DNA of 64,000 nucleotides from Schmidtea polychroa (lineage: Eukaryota): contig CM097885.1 in the NCBI GenBank assembly GCA_044892525.1, positions 53,570,001 to 53,634,000 on the forward strand, read 5' to 3'. The notes below the pieces were generated by a model. It did no database searches and had not been told where the DNA came from. It saw nothing but the letters and a program-made list of their open reading frames with translations. Positions 12,047 to 50,870 of this stretch are shown in pieces (position 1 is the stretch's first letter; the number at the start of each line of letters is the position of its first letter). A program made the position numbers and the translations under genes.

Positions 12047-15000
12047 ATGAATACATCATACGATCCTAAGCAGATTAAAGAATATGTTACAAGTTATGTT
12101 ATTTAAGTTGTTTAATATTAATTATAAATATAGTTAGACAAAACTCTGGCACCACAAAACGAAAGTCAATATTTTACGGAAATGGAGACTCTAACATACA
12201 ATTGTGTCCACGTCGGGAGTCTGACTTAAATGGTTCTCGTGTTGAATTGACAAGCGATGTATCTGCAATTAATTCTCCTGACATTGTTGTTCCAGATTGT
12301 CTCATCAAAGAAATAGAAGATCATATTCAACGAATGGGTACAGTAAAAATCCAATTTGGACTTTGTGCAGAGTTTATCAAAGAGGATGGTGAAATTAAAA
12401 AATGGTGTTTGTCGAATAAAGCAATTACAATGTCATCTTCATTTATTAATGATGGAATTGAAAAATTAAAAGAAAAGTTGGAAAAATACACTCAACAAAG
12501 TAGTGGGTGGAGAATTCATAAAATATTAGAAGTTACTATGATTTTAACTAAATTATCAGACATAATACATGTATCTGGTAAGTTTATTTACATTATTATA
12601 TATATAAATCAAGATATTTACTTAGGTTCAAGTTACATTAAAACGCCAAATTACCTGAAAAACTGTCAGGCTTTAGTTAATGTTCAAAATAATGATCAAT
12701 TCTGCTTTTTATATAGCATACTGGCCGTATTACATTATGATGACATAAAACATCACAGAGAAAGAGTAATGAAATATAATTTAAGTGGTAATATATATAT
12801 ATATAATGTCATATATCATTGAAATTTGTTTTTAAGACTTAAAATGGAAATTTGAATGGTTTCCGATGAAGTTGGTTAACATCTGCCAATTTGAAGCAAT
12901 GAATCCAAATCTAGCGATCAATGTTCTCAAATATAATAAAGATCCAATTAAACAAAAAAACTAATGATATTTTCAAGAATCCGTTCGTTGACTTGGTATA
13001 TAGAAGTACTTCGACGGGATCTCAATTATATCTCTTATTGATTGAAGAAAGTTATATTTCTTTTAATCATTAAAAATATTAACTAAATTTTAGAATTAAA
13101 TTATCATTTTTTGTCTGTAACTAATCTCGATCGACTGCTGAATTACAGAGATAGAGTAGAAGGAGTCAGAATCCAATCACAATGGTGTCATACATGTCTT
13201 CATGGGTTTCGAAAACGTCCTGCTTTTGAAAGACATATAGGTCTCTGTAGGAAGAATGTGGAGCGGACGACTCTATACTCAATGCCAGAGAATAAATATA
13301 TCGAATTTAAAGACTGGAGTAAAACTATAAAACAGCAGTTTGTTGTCTACGCGGACTTTGAATCGATATTACCTCTAGATGACAAACACTTCCAAAAACA
13401 TGAGCCGGTTGCATCTGAATTTGTGCTTCTTCATCAAGGTTGTCCGATCCGAAATGAAACATTTGTTGGGGAAAACTGTATCATTCAGTTCATACAAGCA
13501 TTGGATGATATAGCTACAGATATAGTTTATCCGTGGTATAAAATTAATGGATCAAAGGAAATGATGGAACTCACTTGGGAACAGCAGGAAGAATTTGCGA
13601 ATCAAACTCATTGCTACCTTTGTAAAAAGATTATCAATATACCTGTTCGAGATCATGATCATTTTACTGGTCAATATCTCGGAGCAGCATGTCAAGATTG
13701 CAACTTGGCTAGAAGAATCAATCCGTCTTTACCTGTTGTATTTCATAATCTTCGTGGATATGACATTCATCATATATTAAAATATGCAATTGGAAAATTC
13801 CCTGATTGGAATTTAAATGTTATTCCTCAATCAACAGAAAAGTTTCTCACACTTACAGCGACATCGAAAGGCAGAAGAATTAGATTCATTGATTCTTTAC
13901 AATTTTTAAATAGCAGCTTGGCAAATTTATCAAAGAATTTACCATGTCTTCCACTGACCTCAGATGTTTTCGAATCGCAGATGATGACTTGTAAAACCAT
14001 TTTTCCTTATGATATGGCTACATCAATGGATGTTTTACAGTCAATAACAGAATTACCACCGATTTGGGAGGGAGTTAGTGAAGAAGATTATATACATGCA
14101 AATCGAATCTGGCGACAATACAACTGTGAGACACTGCTAGATTACATGCTAATATATCTCAAGCTGGATGTTTTTCTGTTGGCCGATGTTTTTGAAGCTT
14201 TCAGAGAAAAAACATTTGACGAAGATGGACTTGAGGCTCTATCGTTTGTTTCCATACCCGGATTAAGTTGGGCATCAGCTATTAAACAGTTACCTGAACC
14301 GGTAGAACTTATTCAAGATCCAGAGCTTTACCGTTTATTTGAAGCTGGTATTCGTGGTGGAATGACATTTATCAACAAACATCATGTTGAAGCTGATGAA
14401 TCAACACAAATGTCATACTTAGATGTTAATAATTTATATGGATGGGCGCTGTCGCAAAAACTTCCTGTTGGTGAATTTAGATGGTTAGAAGATCAGACTG
14501 AAATGAATGGTATTGTTGTAAGATGTGCAAATGGGGATGAGTTTGATGGAGATCGTGGATATGTTCTAGAGGTTGACATCGTCATTCCTGATAGTATACA
14601 AGATAAGCTAGATGATTTACCTATAGCTCCTGAGCTTTGTTATCCGCCTGGTAGTAAAATTGAAAAGCTGTTGTTAACTCGTGAGCCTAAGAAAAACTAT
14701 GTAGTTAATGGTAGAGTTTTGACAGAGTGGTTGAGTTACGGCGCAAAAGTCACAAAAGTTAATCGTGCTGTAGAATTCAAACAAGTGGCTATTTTCAAAG
14801 GATATATTGATTACAATACCAAAATGAGAGCAGCTAGTACGGATTCGTTTCAGCGAGATTATTATAAGTTAAAGAACAACAGTTTATACGGTAAAACTGT
14901 GGAAAACTTGAAGAAACGTATAAATTTGAGATTATGCAACAAAAGCAAAAGATTGATAACTTATTGTAGTCATCCTATGTTTCGTCGTAGCATCAAGATT

Positions 15001-15659
15001 GCGGATGATCTCATTGCTGTTATACTCAATAAGGAAATTGTGTGTTTAGATAGACCAATGTATATTGGACAAACCGTACTTGATTTATCCAAACTTCGCA
15101 TGTACCAATTTCAGTATAAAGAACTACAGAGTTATAGAGAAGAATTCAATTGTCAAATTAATATCGTAGCTGGTGACACAGATTCCTTCTTTTTGGAGTG
15201 TAAAAATGTAGATTTACGCTTACAACTATATCCAAAAATGATTGAAGATGGGCTTCTAGATACTTCAAATTATCCAGTGACCGATCCGTTGTTCTCTGAT
15301 AAAATCTGTTCTGTCATCGGGAAAGTTAAGGATGAGAATAAAGGAAATCAATATAAAGAATGGGTGTTTCTTCGACCCAAGTGCTACTCACTCCAAGGTG
15401 ATAAAAACACTCTAAAAGCCAAAGGAATAAGATTTACAAATTCTAATATTACACATGAAGCCTATAAAAAAGTGTATACTGATGGTGGAACAGTGAGCAT
15501 CCCACAAAAAAGAATAGGAAGTGTCAATCATGTTTGGATGATAAAAGATATTGGTTCATTTCTAATGAAAGCTATGCCTACGGTCACTATAAGATTTGTC
15601 AAATGCATATTGCAACTGCTATGTCTAGAAATGAATGCAAATCGAAACAAGCACTTTAA
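12047..15659 (+). pseudogene. polB: Intron-containing protein-primed family B DNA polymerase (Polinton type) with two frame lesions
   Basis: Exo I VYADFES, Exo II FHNLRGYD, Exo III YLKLDV, Pol A YLDVNNLYG, Pol B KLKNNSLYGKT, Pol C GDTDS; an EndoVII-like CxxC-RDHDHFTG-CxxCN insert. GT-AG introns at 12093-12133, 12578-12625, 12788-12836 and 13051-13093. Frameshift in the A7 run 12954-12960. The conserved DDKR...YGHY tail lies in another frame from 15531 (stop 15657-15659). Confidence 0.88.
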
Positions 15660-16356
15660 CAATTAAATTTATGTGAATAATAAAATATATATTGTGAATA
15701 ATTTGTCTTCGTTAATTAAAATATGTTTTATCATTTAATAATTCATTTGTCCAATTATTTTAGATAATTAGTTTCAAGTAAGAAATATTATTTTCGTGTT
15801 TATTTTATTTATTTATTTATTTATTTTTTCCGAAATATTAATATCCGGTTTATCAAAAATTAAATCATCGTTTTATTTTATAATAAATTAAATAATTTCT
15901 AATTAAAATTTTATTCGAATTGAAATATTATTGTTACAATTTACACTCTTGTTAGAATATATTAAATGTCAATGTAAAATAATAACAATAAAAAAAATAA
16001 TAATAATAATGATAAATTAAAAAAAAAATCAATTAAATAACGTAAGTAATTAAAATAAAATATTAATAAATAATTAATTAATTAAATGTAATAAATTGAA
16101 AATTAACTAAAGTAATTAATTAAAGCAAAAACATAATAAAATAATTAATTAAATGTAATAAATTGAAAATTAACTAAAGTAATTAATTAAAACAAAAAAC
16201 ATAATAAATAAAATGATTCGATTGACCTATATTTGATCTGGACATTGGGATGACCTTGAAAGTGTCCTGGAGTCCTCATTATATACTACTTACCTTTTCT
16301 TTATATTTACAAACTTTCTAAAAGCATTGAGACCGACATTTATATATATTATGATT

Positions 16357-16725
16357 GGTACTTCCGTGTTATCTTACCCCCCAAAATTTAAATCAAAAAA
16401 GAACACATATAATTATTATATTTATTTTCTAAATCACAGTTACAAACTCAGCAAATGTTTGTAAAGAGTTTGTAAATGGTCATCCAGGTGGCCAGAAAAC
16501 CACAATGTCGTTGAGAATAGTGTCGAACACATCGGCACTGTTGCTTAGAACACGTTTGCGCCACATAAACTCACATAATCACATAAATCACAGATAGCCC
16601 TAATAAATTCATGTTCAATAATGTTCAATAACGTCATCAATAATGTATTCTCTCATTTTTAATATTGTTATTTTAATTGTATTTTATAATTAAATTTTTG
16701 GGGGGTAAGATAACACGGAAGTACC
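16357..16725 (-). mobile_element. Non-autonomous internal-deletion derivative of the Merlin element at 24364-25487
   Basis: Same TIR GGTACTTCCGTGTTATCTTACCCCC; near-identical terminal about 215 bp and about 130 bp. Confidence 0.92.
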
Positions 16726-17441
16726 TCATTATTTAATTCGTGTTGTATTGAAATGCGTTTCAATAAATTTCTTTCTACCTTTGATGTTCTTTGAGTATGT
16801 CATACTTTGGACTAACATATTCTTTATAAATATTTATAAATAGGACAATACCTATTGTAAATGTACCTCAAAGCATTTTGACCTTAATGTATCTTTTATA
16901 ATTTAAATATTTTCCCTTTAGCTTTTATCCTATTTTCAGTTTATTTTGGTATGTTTTTTTATTTATATTTCTGTTTGTGTTTTATGAGCTTTTGTACCAC
17001 AAATATACTAAACAAGCAGTCTATCGCACTTAACCATAAATTTGTATTGTTTTAATTTTATTGTTACTGATTTTCCACCGCTGGCCAGCTAAGTAACCCT
17101 CAGTAACTTCTATTATATCAGATCAATTCTACTAAAAAATATGGGAGATACAAATTTGCTGACCCCGGACTTCATATAATCATTTGTTTGTTTAAATTGG
17201 GATAATTTGCCTAAATTTTTAATAGTTTTTTGCAAGTTTATTTTTATGAAAAAAAGCGGTTTCGCCAAAATATAAATCTTTCAGAATATATTGACATTAG
17301 TTCTTAGTCAGGAATAAATATATATAAAAGCGTTATAACTTTAAAATATCCTAGTCTTGTCGACATAGAGCTTGGAGTCTCATTTAGAAAAATATTCATG
17401 CAATCATACAATTTTATAAAATTTTTCAAAATTAATTCTAG

Positions 17442-18131
17442 GCAGTTTGGATGGATGAACTTTCTCAAAGCCAACAAAATTTTCAAGAGAAATTAAAAGA
17501 AAAATTACAAAATCGAGATTTTTCCAGTCCTCAGACTAATAAGCACAGTAAAGTATTGAACAGTATGCATAAACCACACATTGATTCTAGTGCTCCATAT
17601 TATCAAGATTCACCAACAACTTATTCTGAAAATTTTGAATGGCCTAGATCATGTTTAACATCATTACCTACAAGTGGTACATCAGGTCAATCAACAAAAA
17701 CCACAGTTTTATCATCTGTTGATAAAGATATCAAAAATTCAAATTATCACAGACAAGGAACAGATTATCTCCATCATCAGCCTCCAACTGATTTATCATT
17801 TCTAATGACAACTGCTCCGTTCTCTCCTCCACTTTCTCCAACACTTCATCAAGACTTCCCAACATTACCATGTGGGAAAATCGAAAATCATATTGAAAGA
17901 ATGCTTGGGACCATTAATGACCAAACTGATTGTCGAGGTCGATCATACAGTCAACCAACGAGAAGTCCTTCTGAAAATGAAACCAATTCTGGAACTCGTA
18001 GCGTTTCAATCAATGTTACTGCAAATATAGGATTTCGTGGGGATCTAATTCGACATCATCAATCAAATCTTTCAAGACAAAATTCGGAATCTGACGAATC
18101 GCTTGAGACTGTCAAAGCGAATGAACATTGA
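17442..18131 (+). CDS. Terminal exon of PH-domain (putative RhoGEF) gene; PH helix plus Ser/Thr/Pro-rich tail
   Basis: TTCTAG acceptor at 17441; open frame AVWMDELSQ... to TGA at 18131; AATAAA near 18232. Confidence 0.65.
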   Translation, partial: AVWMDELSQSQQNFQEKLKEKLQNRDFSSPQTNKHSKVLNSMHKPHIDSSAPYYQDSPTTYSENFEWPRSCLTSLPTSGTSGQSTKTTVLSSVDKDIKNSNYHRQGTDYLHHQPPTDLSFLMTTAPFSPPLSPTLHQDFPTLPCGKIENHIERMLGTINDQTDCRGRSYSQPTRSPSENETNSGTRSVSINVTANIGFRGDLIRHHQSNLSRQNSESDESLETVKANEH

Positions 18132-18407
18132 CAATCCAGTTTATTAAAAAAATCGTGCTTTGAGTGATTTTCTCTCAAACATTTTTGATTTGTCTAATAT
18201 TTTAAAATAATGCAAATGTTCAATGTTTAAAAATAAAGACTGATAAAACATTTAATTCCAGTTTAATTAACAGTTGATGTGGCACCTTATTTGAACCATA
18301 TATACAAAGTATGAAGCAACTGTAATTTAATTATAATTAATAACGTATTATAAACATACCTTTTTGTCAATATGTTCAATATGTTCAAACTGCGCAGCTA
18401 GATGATG

Positions 18408-18782
18408 CAGGCCCGCCGAGAGGGAGACACTAAAGTTGACTTAACTACAATCAGTTTAAAGTTCAAGCATCGGAATTCCATCAAAATAAGTTGAACGAAC
18501 ATCAAGTACTTAGATCAAAATTGGTATCAATATTCAAAAATAAACTAAATAAAGTTTTGTTTTTTTTAATGCTGGAATTAAAAACTGTTATATTTACTAA
18601 CCATGATTACTGAAACTGAAACCACACGTGTCATTTGTGTACTATAGAATACACCCACAGGCCACAGACCACTACGTCAAAAAAAATTTCATCTGTCATT
18701 TTATGCGTTGTACGATTAACAATTGTTTAGAGGTTCATGAAATGCTCTGCCTAGAGGCCCGGAATTGCTGTCGGCGGGCCTG
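18408..18782. mobile_element. TIR MITE (hAT-like)
   Basis: TIR CAGGCCCGCCGA(G/C)AG; flanking direct repeat GATGATG (7 bp visible). Confidence 0.7.
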
Positions 18783-19849
18783 GATGATGTGCAGTATAAA
18801 AATCGGCGCCAGTGTAAACTTATTAATAAAAATATTTCTTATAAATAAACTCACATATATACTCAATTAATTGATCCACGTTAACCAGAATATTCAAACT
18901 GTTCGATAAAAGTATTATTAATTACTGAGTTCGTATCACTGAATACGTATAATAATTGTTAGCGTACTCACTGGACAAAGGGGAAGGACGAGGGTGTAGA
19001 AGATATGATTATGAGGATGAGTTCCGAAGACATGACTAGTACAAAATCCAGAGAGATACCACATGACTATTACGACTGGGCACCCATGGAGGTAACCATG
19101 TTGGTAGTGTGCGAGGCTCGGTGAGTGCTACACACCAGGTGAATCTCTGCCTTAAGACTATTCCTCTGCAACCATTCTCATCGGGTTAAAGACTGCGGAT
19201 GAAAGTTCTTACGTCGAAAATTATAATTCTAGGAGGACTGGTCCTTCGATATATTGATTTGGTCATTTAGTTGATAAAAATACTTGCCTTAAAATTACCT
19301 TAAAATTTGGGAAGTCGAAAATTTCGATTCTAAATAGGGTGGAAAATGATACTTTTAACTCATATCAAATTTCTTTCCTCGAATTTGGGATATTGGGAAT
19401 TTCAATTCTGTTTAGGGTAGAAAATGCATCTTTTAACTTATATTAAATTTCGTTATTCAGATAGACATCCAGTGCACTTAATGGACTAGAGAAAACTTTC
19501 AACAGTTAATGGTTGTGAAATGTTCGGATGATTCTGTTTATCTACTAACTTTATATATTAACTTTTTTAACTTATATTTTTCAATCGATTTTTTATTTTT
19601 TTAAACTTTTATTATTTTCGATTTTTTAATTTTGTAATTCTCTATAGTAATTATTCACTATAAGGTTTCTATTGTGATCGTGTTCTGAGATAGTGATGCC
19701 GAAAATTGGTTTAACCTATATAGTGGTTTCTCCATCAGTTATTTTCCAATGTCGTGACAGAAATCGATTATAGTTCCTGTTAGGCGATTCTAAACTATTA
19801 CTGTATCTGCCTCTGGTGTTGGAAAAGATGACTATTGGGTTCATCATCA

Positions 19850-20525
19850 GTCGTTGCGAGAAAAGTACCGTGGTAATTTATACTGTTTAAACACACAAAA
19901 AAATGGAAATTAGAAAATATCTTGAAAGCTGTCAAAGATAACTCGGTTGCAGGCAAAAAGTGTGAAATTAAAGATAAATTGAAGTGCCACAAAGTGGCGA
20001 GGTATAAAAGGAAGCACAGCAGAAGCAGTCAGAAGAAAAATTTAGGAGGAACAATTAAGAGAACAATTTGGATGAACCAGTTATAGGAAATTTGGGAGAT
20101 AATTTGGAGATATAATATTTAATTTATTTAGAGAATTTGAATAGAATAAAAGCAGAGAAAATTAAAGAGAAAACAGAAATAAAGAAAAGCAGCAAGAGTT
20201 TATTCAGTTGATAACAGAGTAAAGTTCGGCGAGTAAATCCATGTCAAATCAGAAAACAACCAGTTAAAATTACCAATTGTTACACTCCTCAGTTGTGAGA
20301 AATTTGTCGAATCAAGGTTATACGCATTGTGCTATTCCTCGCCATAGTGTTGTAATAAGCATTGTATAATCGAAAGTTAAGTTGTTGAGCCAATTTAATC
20401 ATTGTGAAAATATATGTGATATTCAATAAAGTTTCCAGTGTTAATTGTTGTTTGTGGATCAGTCAAAGACACGCTTGGAGTCTGAGTAAAAATTTTAATT
20501 TTATCACCAACCCAATAACTCAACA
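19850..20525 (+). repeat. Solo-LTR-like dispersed repeat
   Basis: TATAAAA near 20004, AATAAA near 20425, ends in AACA; homologous inverted copy at about 62814-63680. Boundaries are approximate. Confidence 0.5.
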
Positions 20526-21800
20526 ATTTATTTGTTTGTTTAAATTTAATAATTTATTTTAAAATTGTTTTTTCTCAAAGGTGTTTTTAGCAGTTGTATG
20601 TCCTTTTTCGGCGATTAATTCTTTGTTTTAATGCTCCTTATCGTATGTTTCAATTGCAACTACTTGCGGTTTTCGATTTTCTGTTGTTATGTTTTTATTT
20701 TTGTTTTATTTAATGTTTTTAAATGATTTTAAGTATTCATTTTACGATTTCGTTGCTATATTGGTCGTTTCAGTCGACTATTTACCTATTTTTAATTGAT
20801 AAAAACAAGGGGGGGGGGGAACCTATCACCTGAAGAGAATTTTTTATTTTATTCTTAGCCTAACATAATCATAGTTATTGCTCATACTCCCTTTATTATT
20901 GATTTTTAACAGACTGGATTCCTTTATTGATCTCAAAATCGCCCTTAAATATCGAAAAATATATTCAAACCCACTGACCCTAATTTAATATATTTCCTCA
21001 ATTATTCAACTCTTTAAAATTTAACTCAATACCCCACTGGAGATTAAATCCAGCCTCTAGTCACCACTAGCAAAATACTGTTATTCAGAAGTTGAAGTCC
21101 CCTTAAAACCCCTTAAGAATTACTTCAATTAAAGCCTTAGAGGTTTTGTGAAACCTCTACAGTTATCTAACAGTTATGTCCCCTGAAACCATCGAAACTA
21201 AATTCGAGTGAATCCACAAAAAGATAAAATCAATGTTTTCTACAAACCTTTCTATATTTCAACGAAATTATTATAAAATTTCGAATTAGAAATTATATTG
21301 ATAACCAATTATAGTTTGAGTATTAAATTTCCATAAATAATTACAAATTTCTTTAAATTCTTTTCATGTAAATCTCAAAGATATTTCAATAATTTGCGTC
21401 ACGAGGCATTGATAAAGTTAACAGGTTTCCTATTTATTTTTCAAAATTTTTATTAAAAAATTCATTATTAACATTACAAATTACTCATTGATATTCTTAA
21501 AAAAATAATAAATAAATATAATAAATAAATAAAATAAAAAATAAATATGGAGAAAAATAAATTTGTCAATTAGAATTCGAAAAAGTTGTGTTTAAATGTT
21601 AGTAAACGGCAGAATTTTATTGTGTAATACAAGTTATTATTTTATAAAGTTTGCTTTGTCTTTGAATAACATAATGTCACAGACAGAATTTGATAATTTT
21701 ATTACACTAATAAAAAAAAGTTTAAAAAAAGATTTTTTATATTGCAAAATTTCGTCGAAGCCTATTTTAGATATCGAAAGGAAAATGAAAGAAATGAAGG

Positions 21801-22680
21801 TTGACAGGAAGTCACAAAGACTTCATAACGCGCATAAAAAATAAAGTTCCTGGTGTACTTGCTATGCATTGCCTAATTTATCTCCAGCACTTAGTTGTGA
21901 AAAATCTGAGTGAACGCCTCCATACATCACTGCAATATGTTATCAAAGCAGTTGATAAAATCAGAAGTAACTCGTTGAACGACAGATTATTTTGCCAGCT
22001 TTGAATGCCAATGATGAAAATTTCAACCGATTGTAGTTTCGCACAGAGGTGCGCTGCCTGTAAAAAAGTGTTTGTTTGACTACGATTTTACAATCGGTTT
22101 GGGTCTGTGATAGAGTTCCTAGGAAATAAAGACACAGAATTGCGCTACAACCTCATCTCATCAAAGAACAATATTGCGTGCTTTAGAAACCTATATAAAT
22201 TGTTTAATGATGTCAATCATTAAGGCGACCACTTATACTTGATTAAGAGATAAAATAGCGTTGTTGCTTTTGTATCTAAACTATTATACAAAAGAGGTAT
22301 CGTCAGACGGGAATTCAATAACTTCCCAAATTTATAGGCAATATCAATCAAGAACACTTGGAAAACCTCGGCAGTAATTTCAAAGAACGAGTCCAGGATA
22401 TTTTAAACATTGATATACCAGACAGAGTTTTGGAACCTTTTTCAAATGTCAGCACAACAATATTATCCTAGTTAGAAGAACTAGTAGAATTAGCGACAAA
22501 TGAGGAATTAAAAATTTAAGTATGGTCGATTGTTCAATGATTTCTGATAGCATTCCCATCGCCCTATTTAGCAGGACGTGAATTTAGTGCTGTAGCAACG
22601 TTGGTAACTAAAAATAGAAATCGGCTGCATGTTACATAACTTACGGTAGTTTTTAAGTAAAATCGAACCTGGTATTAATA
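21801..22680 (+). pseudogene. hAT (Buster/Charlie-like) transposase remnant
   Basis: MTG...MHCLIYLQHL (CxxH-like), HTEVR, and C-terminal FPSPYLAxxEFSA...K.RNRL; many stops. Confidence 0.8.
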
Positions 22681-22869
22681 AATTCATTAAACGTTAATAA
22701 TAAGATTTGTCATTGTAATATCAAATTTTTTGATTCTTGGTTGCTGGACGTCGTGGAGGTAGAGACATGTGACGAATAAAAGACTAATATTAATCGTAAT
22801 GTAATAGAAACAATCTAACTACTCACAGCAGCCAATAATAATTATTTCATACGTACTGTGTCTAATTCA

Positions 22870-23622
22870 ATACTACACACATGTTTAATTGTCGAAAGGA
22901 ACATATTTGTTCTGATAAACTCTATCTGGTATTGAGCATCATATTCTTTCGAAGCATCAGCTAAAAGCATTTGACTTGATTCCTCTTATAGTAATAACTC
23001 ATGTTCGGGGATAACGGCAAGCATAAAGTCCAATTTATAGAGATTCGTGTCCAAATTTCCATGCGTCTGTTCCAGTTTTATTGTTCGAACATATAGAAAT
23101 TCATATTTGAATAATGGATCAACTATCCACTTAAAATCAATAATGTCTGAACCTTCAACTTATTTGAATTTATTAAACTTCATTTGATCAAGATTTAATT
23201 TCCATACGATTACATAATCACATAAATCCACACTTACAAAGAATGAGTTAGTTTCGTTGATTAATTTCGTTATTGATTCTGATGTCTGTTTGCCATCTAC
23301 TAAACTCCATACAATTATAATATCATCCATTCCAACAGTGATTGAAACTCTTAATTTATTGTACCAAACTACGCCAAAAGAATTTTAAATCATTTTATTT
23401 TCAAATTCACCGAAAAACTACAAAATTTAAACAACAAGTCCTTTTTAAACAAACTTCCAAATTCACATAAATAATCCAAAGATTTTATCACCAAACAAAA
23501 TACAAAAAACAGATATCTTCAAAACTCGAAACAATTGTCCGCGTCTATGTGTGCACACAAATTAATCCAATTTAAAAGCAAAAAACCCACACAGACGCGA
23601 AACTTCAACTCATAATTCACCA
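22870..23622 (-). pseudogene. Captured intronless gene-fragment mosaic (AAMP/Sqt1-like WD40 plus unknown) behind a hairpin leader
   Basis: One frame with two stops: SITVGMDDIIIVWSLVDGK...FFVSVDLCDYVIVWKL...VEGSDIIDFKW, then unrelated coding-like sequence. The hairpin at 23540-23599 is shared with 55728-55897. Confidence 0.5.
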
Positions 23623-24176
23623 ACACACGCATTCAGATAGTAGAGACGCTCAATTTATCTTCAATTTAACACCTGTATCGAACCTGACACATCCCGTAGT
23701 TATAGGTAGAATTGTTATATTGAACTATTTCATATTCATTTGAATGAGTGCATGAAATAAATAATTGCCAAACAAAATCATTGTGAAATGATTTATACTT
23801 ATCAAGAAAATTGATATTATGTTTGTCATGTGTGTGTTAAAATTTTTAATTGGATTTGATTAGCAGATTTTAATATTCATATTAAAACAACAAAAAATTT
23901 CATTTAAATTTTACATTAGTTAGTCTTAATAATATCTAGGAGACTTTATGATAAATCAAAATAATAATAATAACTCAACAAATTTTTAAAGAAAACCAAA
24001 AATATTCATAAAACAAATTTGCAAAAATATTTTTATTAAAGTACAATAATAAACTTTTGTACACATAAATACACATAAATATACAAAAATACACATCCAA
24101 CCGAAAATAAAAAAAACAATATGAACATATCAAATTTATTACAAATAATCACGAAAAATACAGGGACTTATAAACA

Positions 24177-50870
<26,694 letters not shown>

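Larger units (their letters stand above)
10037..16290 (+). mobile_element. Minimal Polinton/Maverick-like element carrying only pPolB
   Basis: Ends 5'-AGTAG...CTACT-3' with 6-bp TSD TACCTT (10031-10036 and 16291-16296); contains a protein-primed PolB gene. Confidence 0.85.

Noticed and set aside
15531..15666. C-terminus of the 851-aa ORF as the real PolB tail
   Set aside because: The conserved DDKR/YGHY tail is in a different frame; the ORF end is frameshift read-through.
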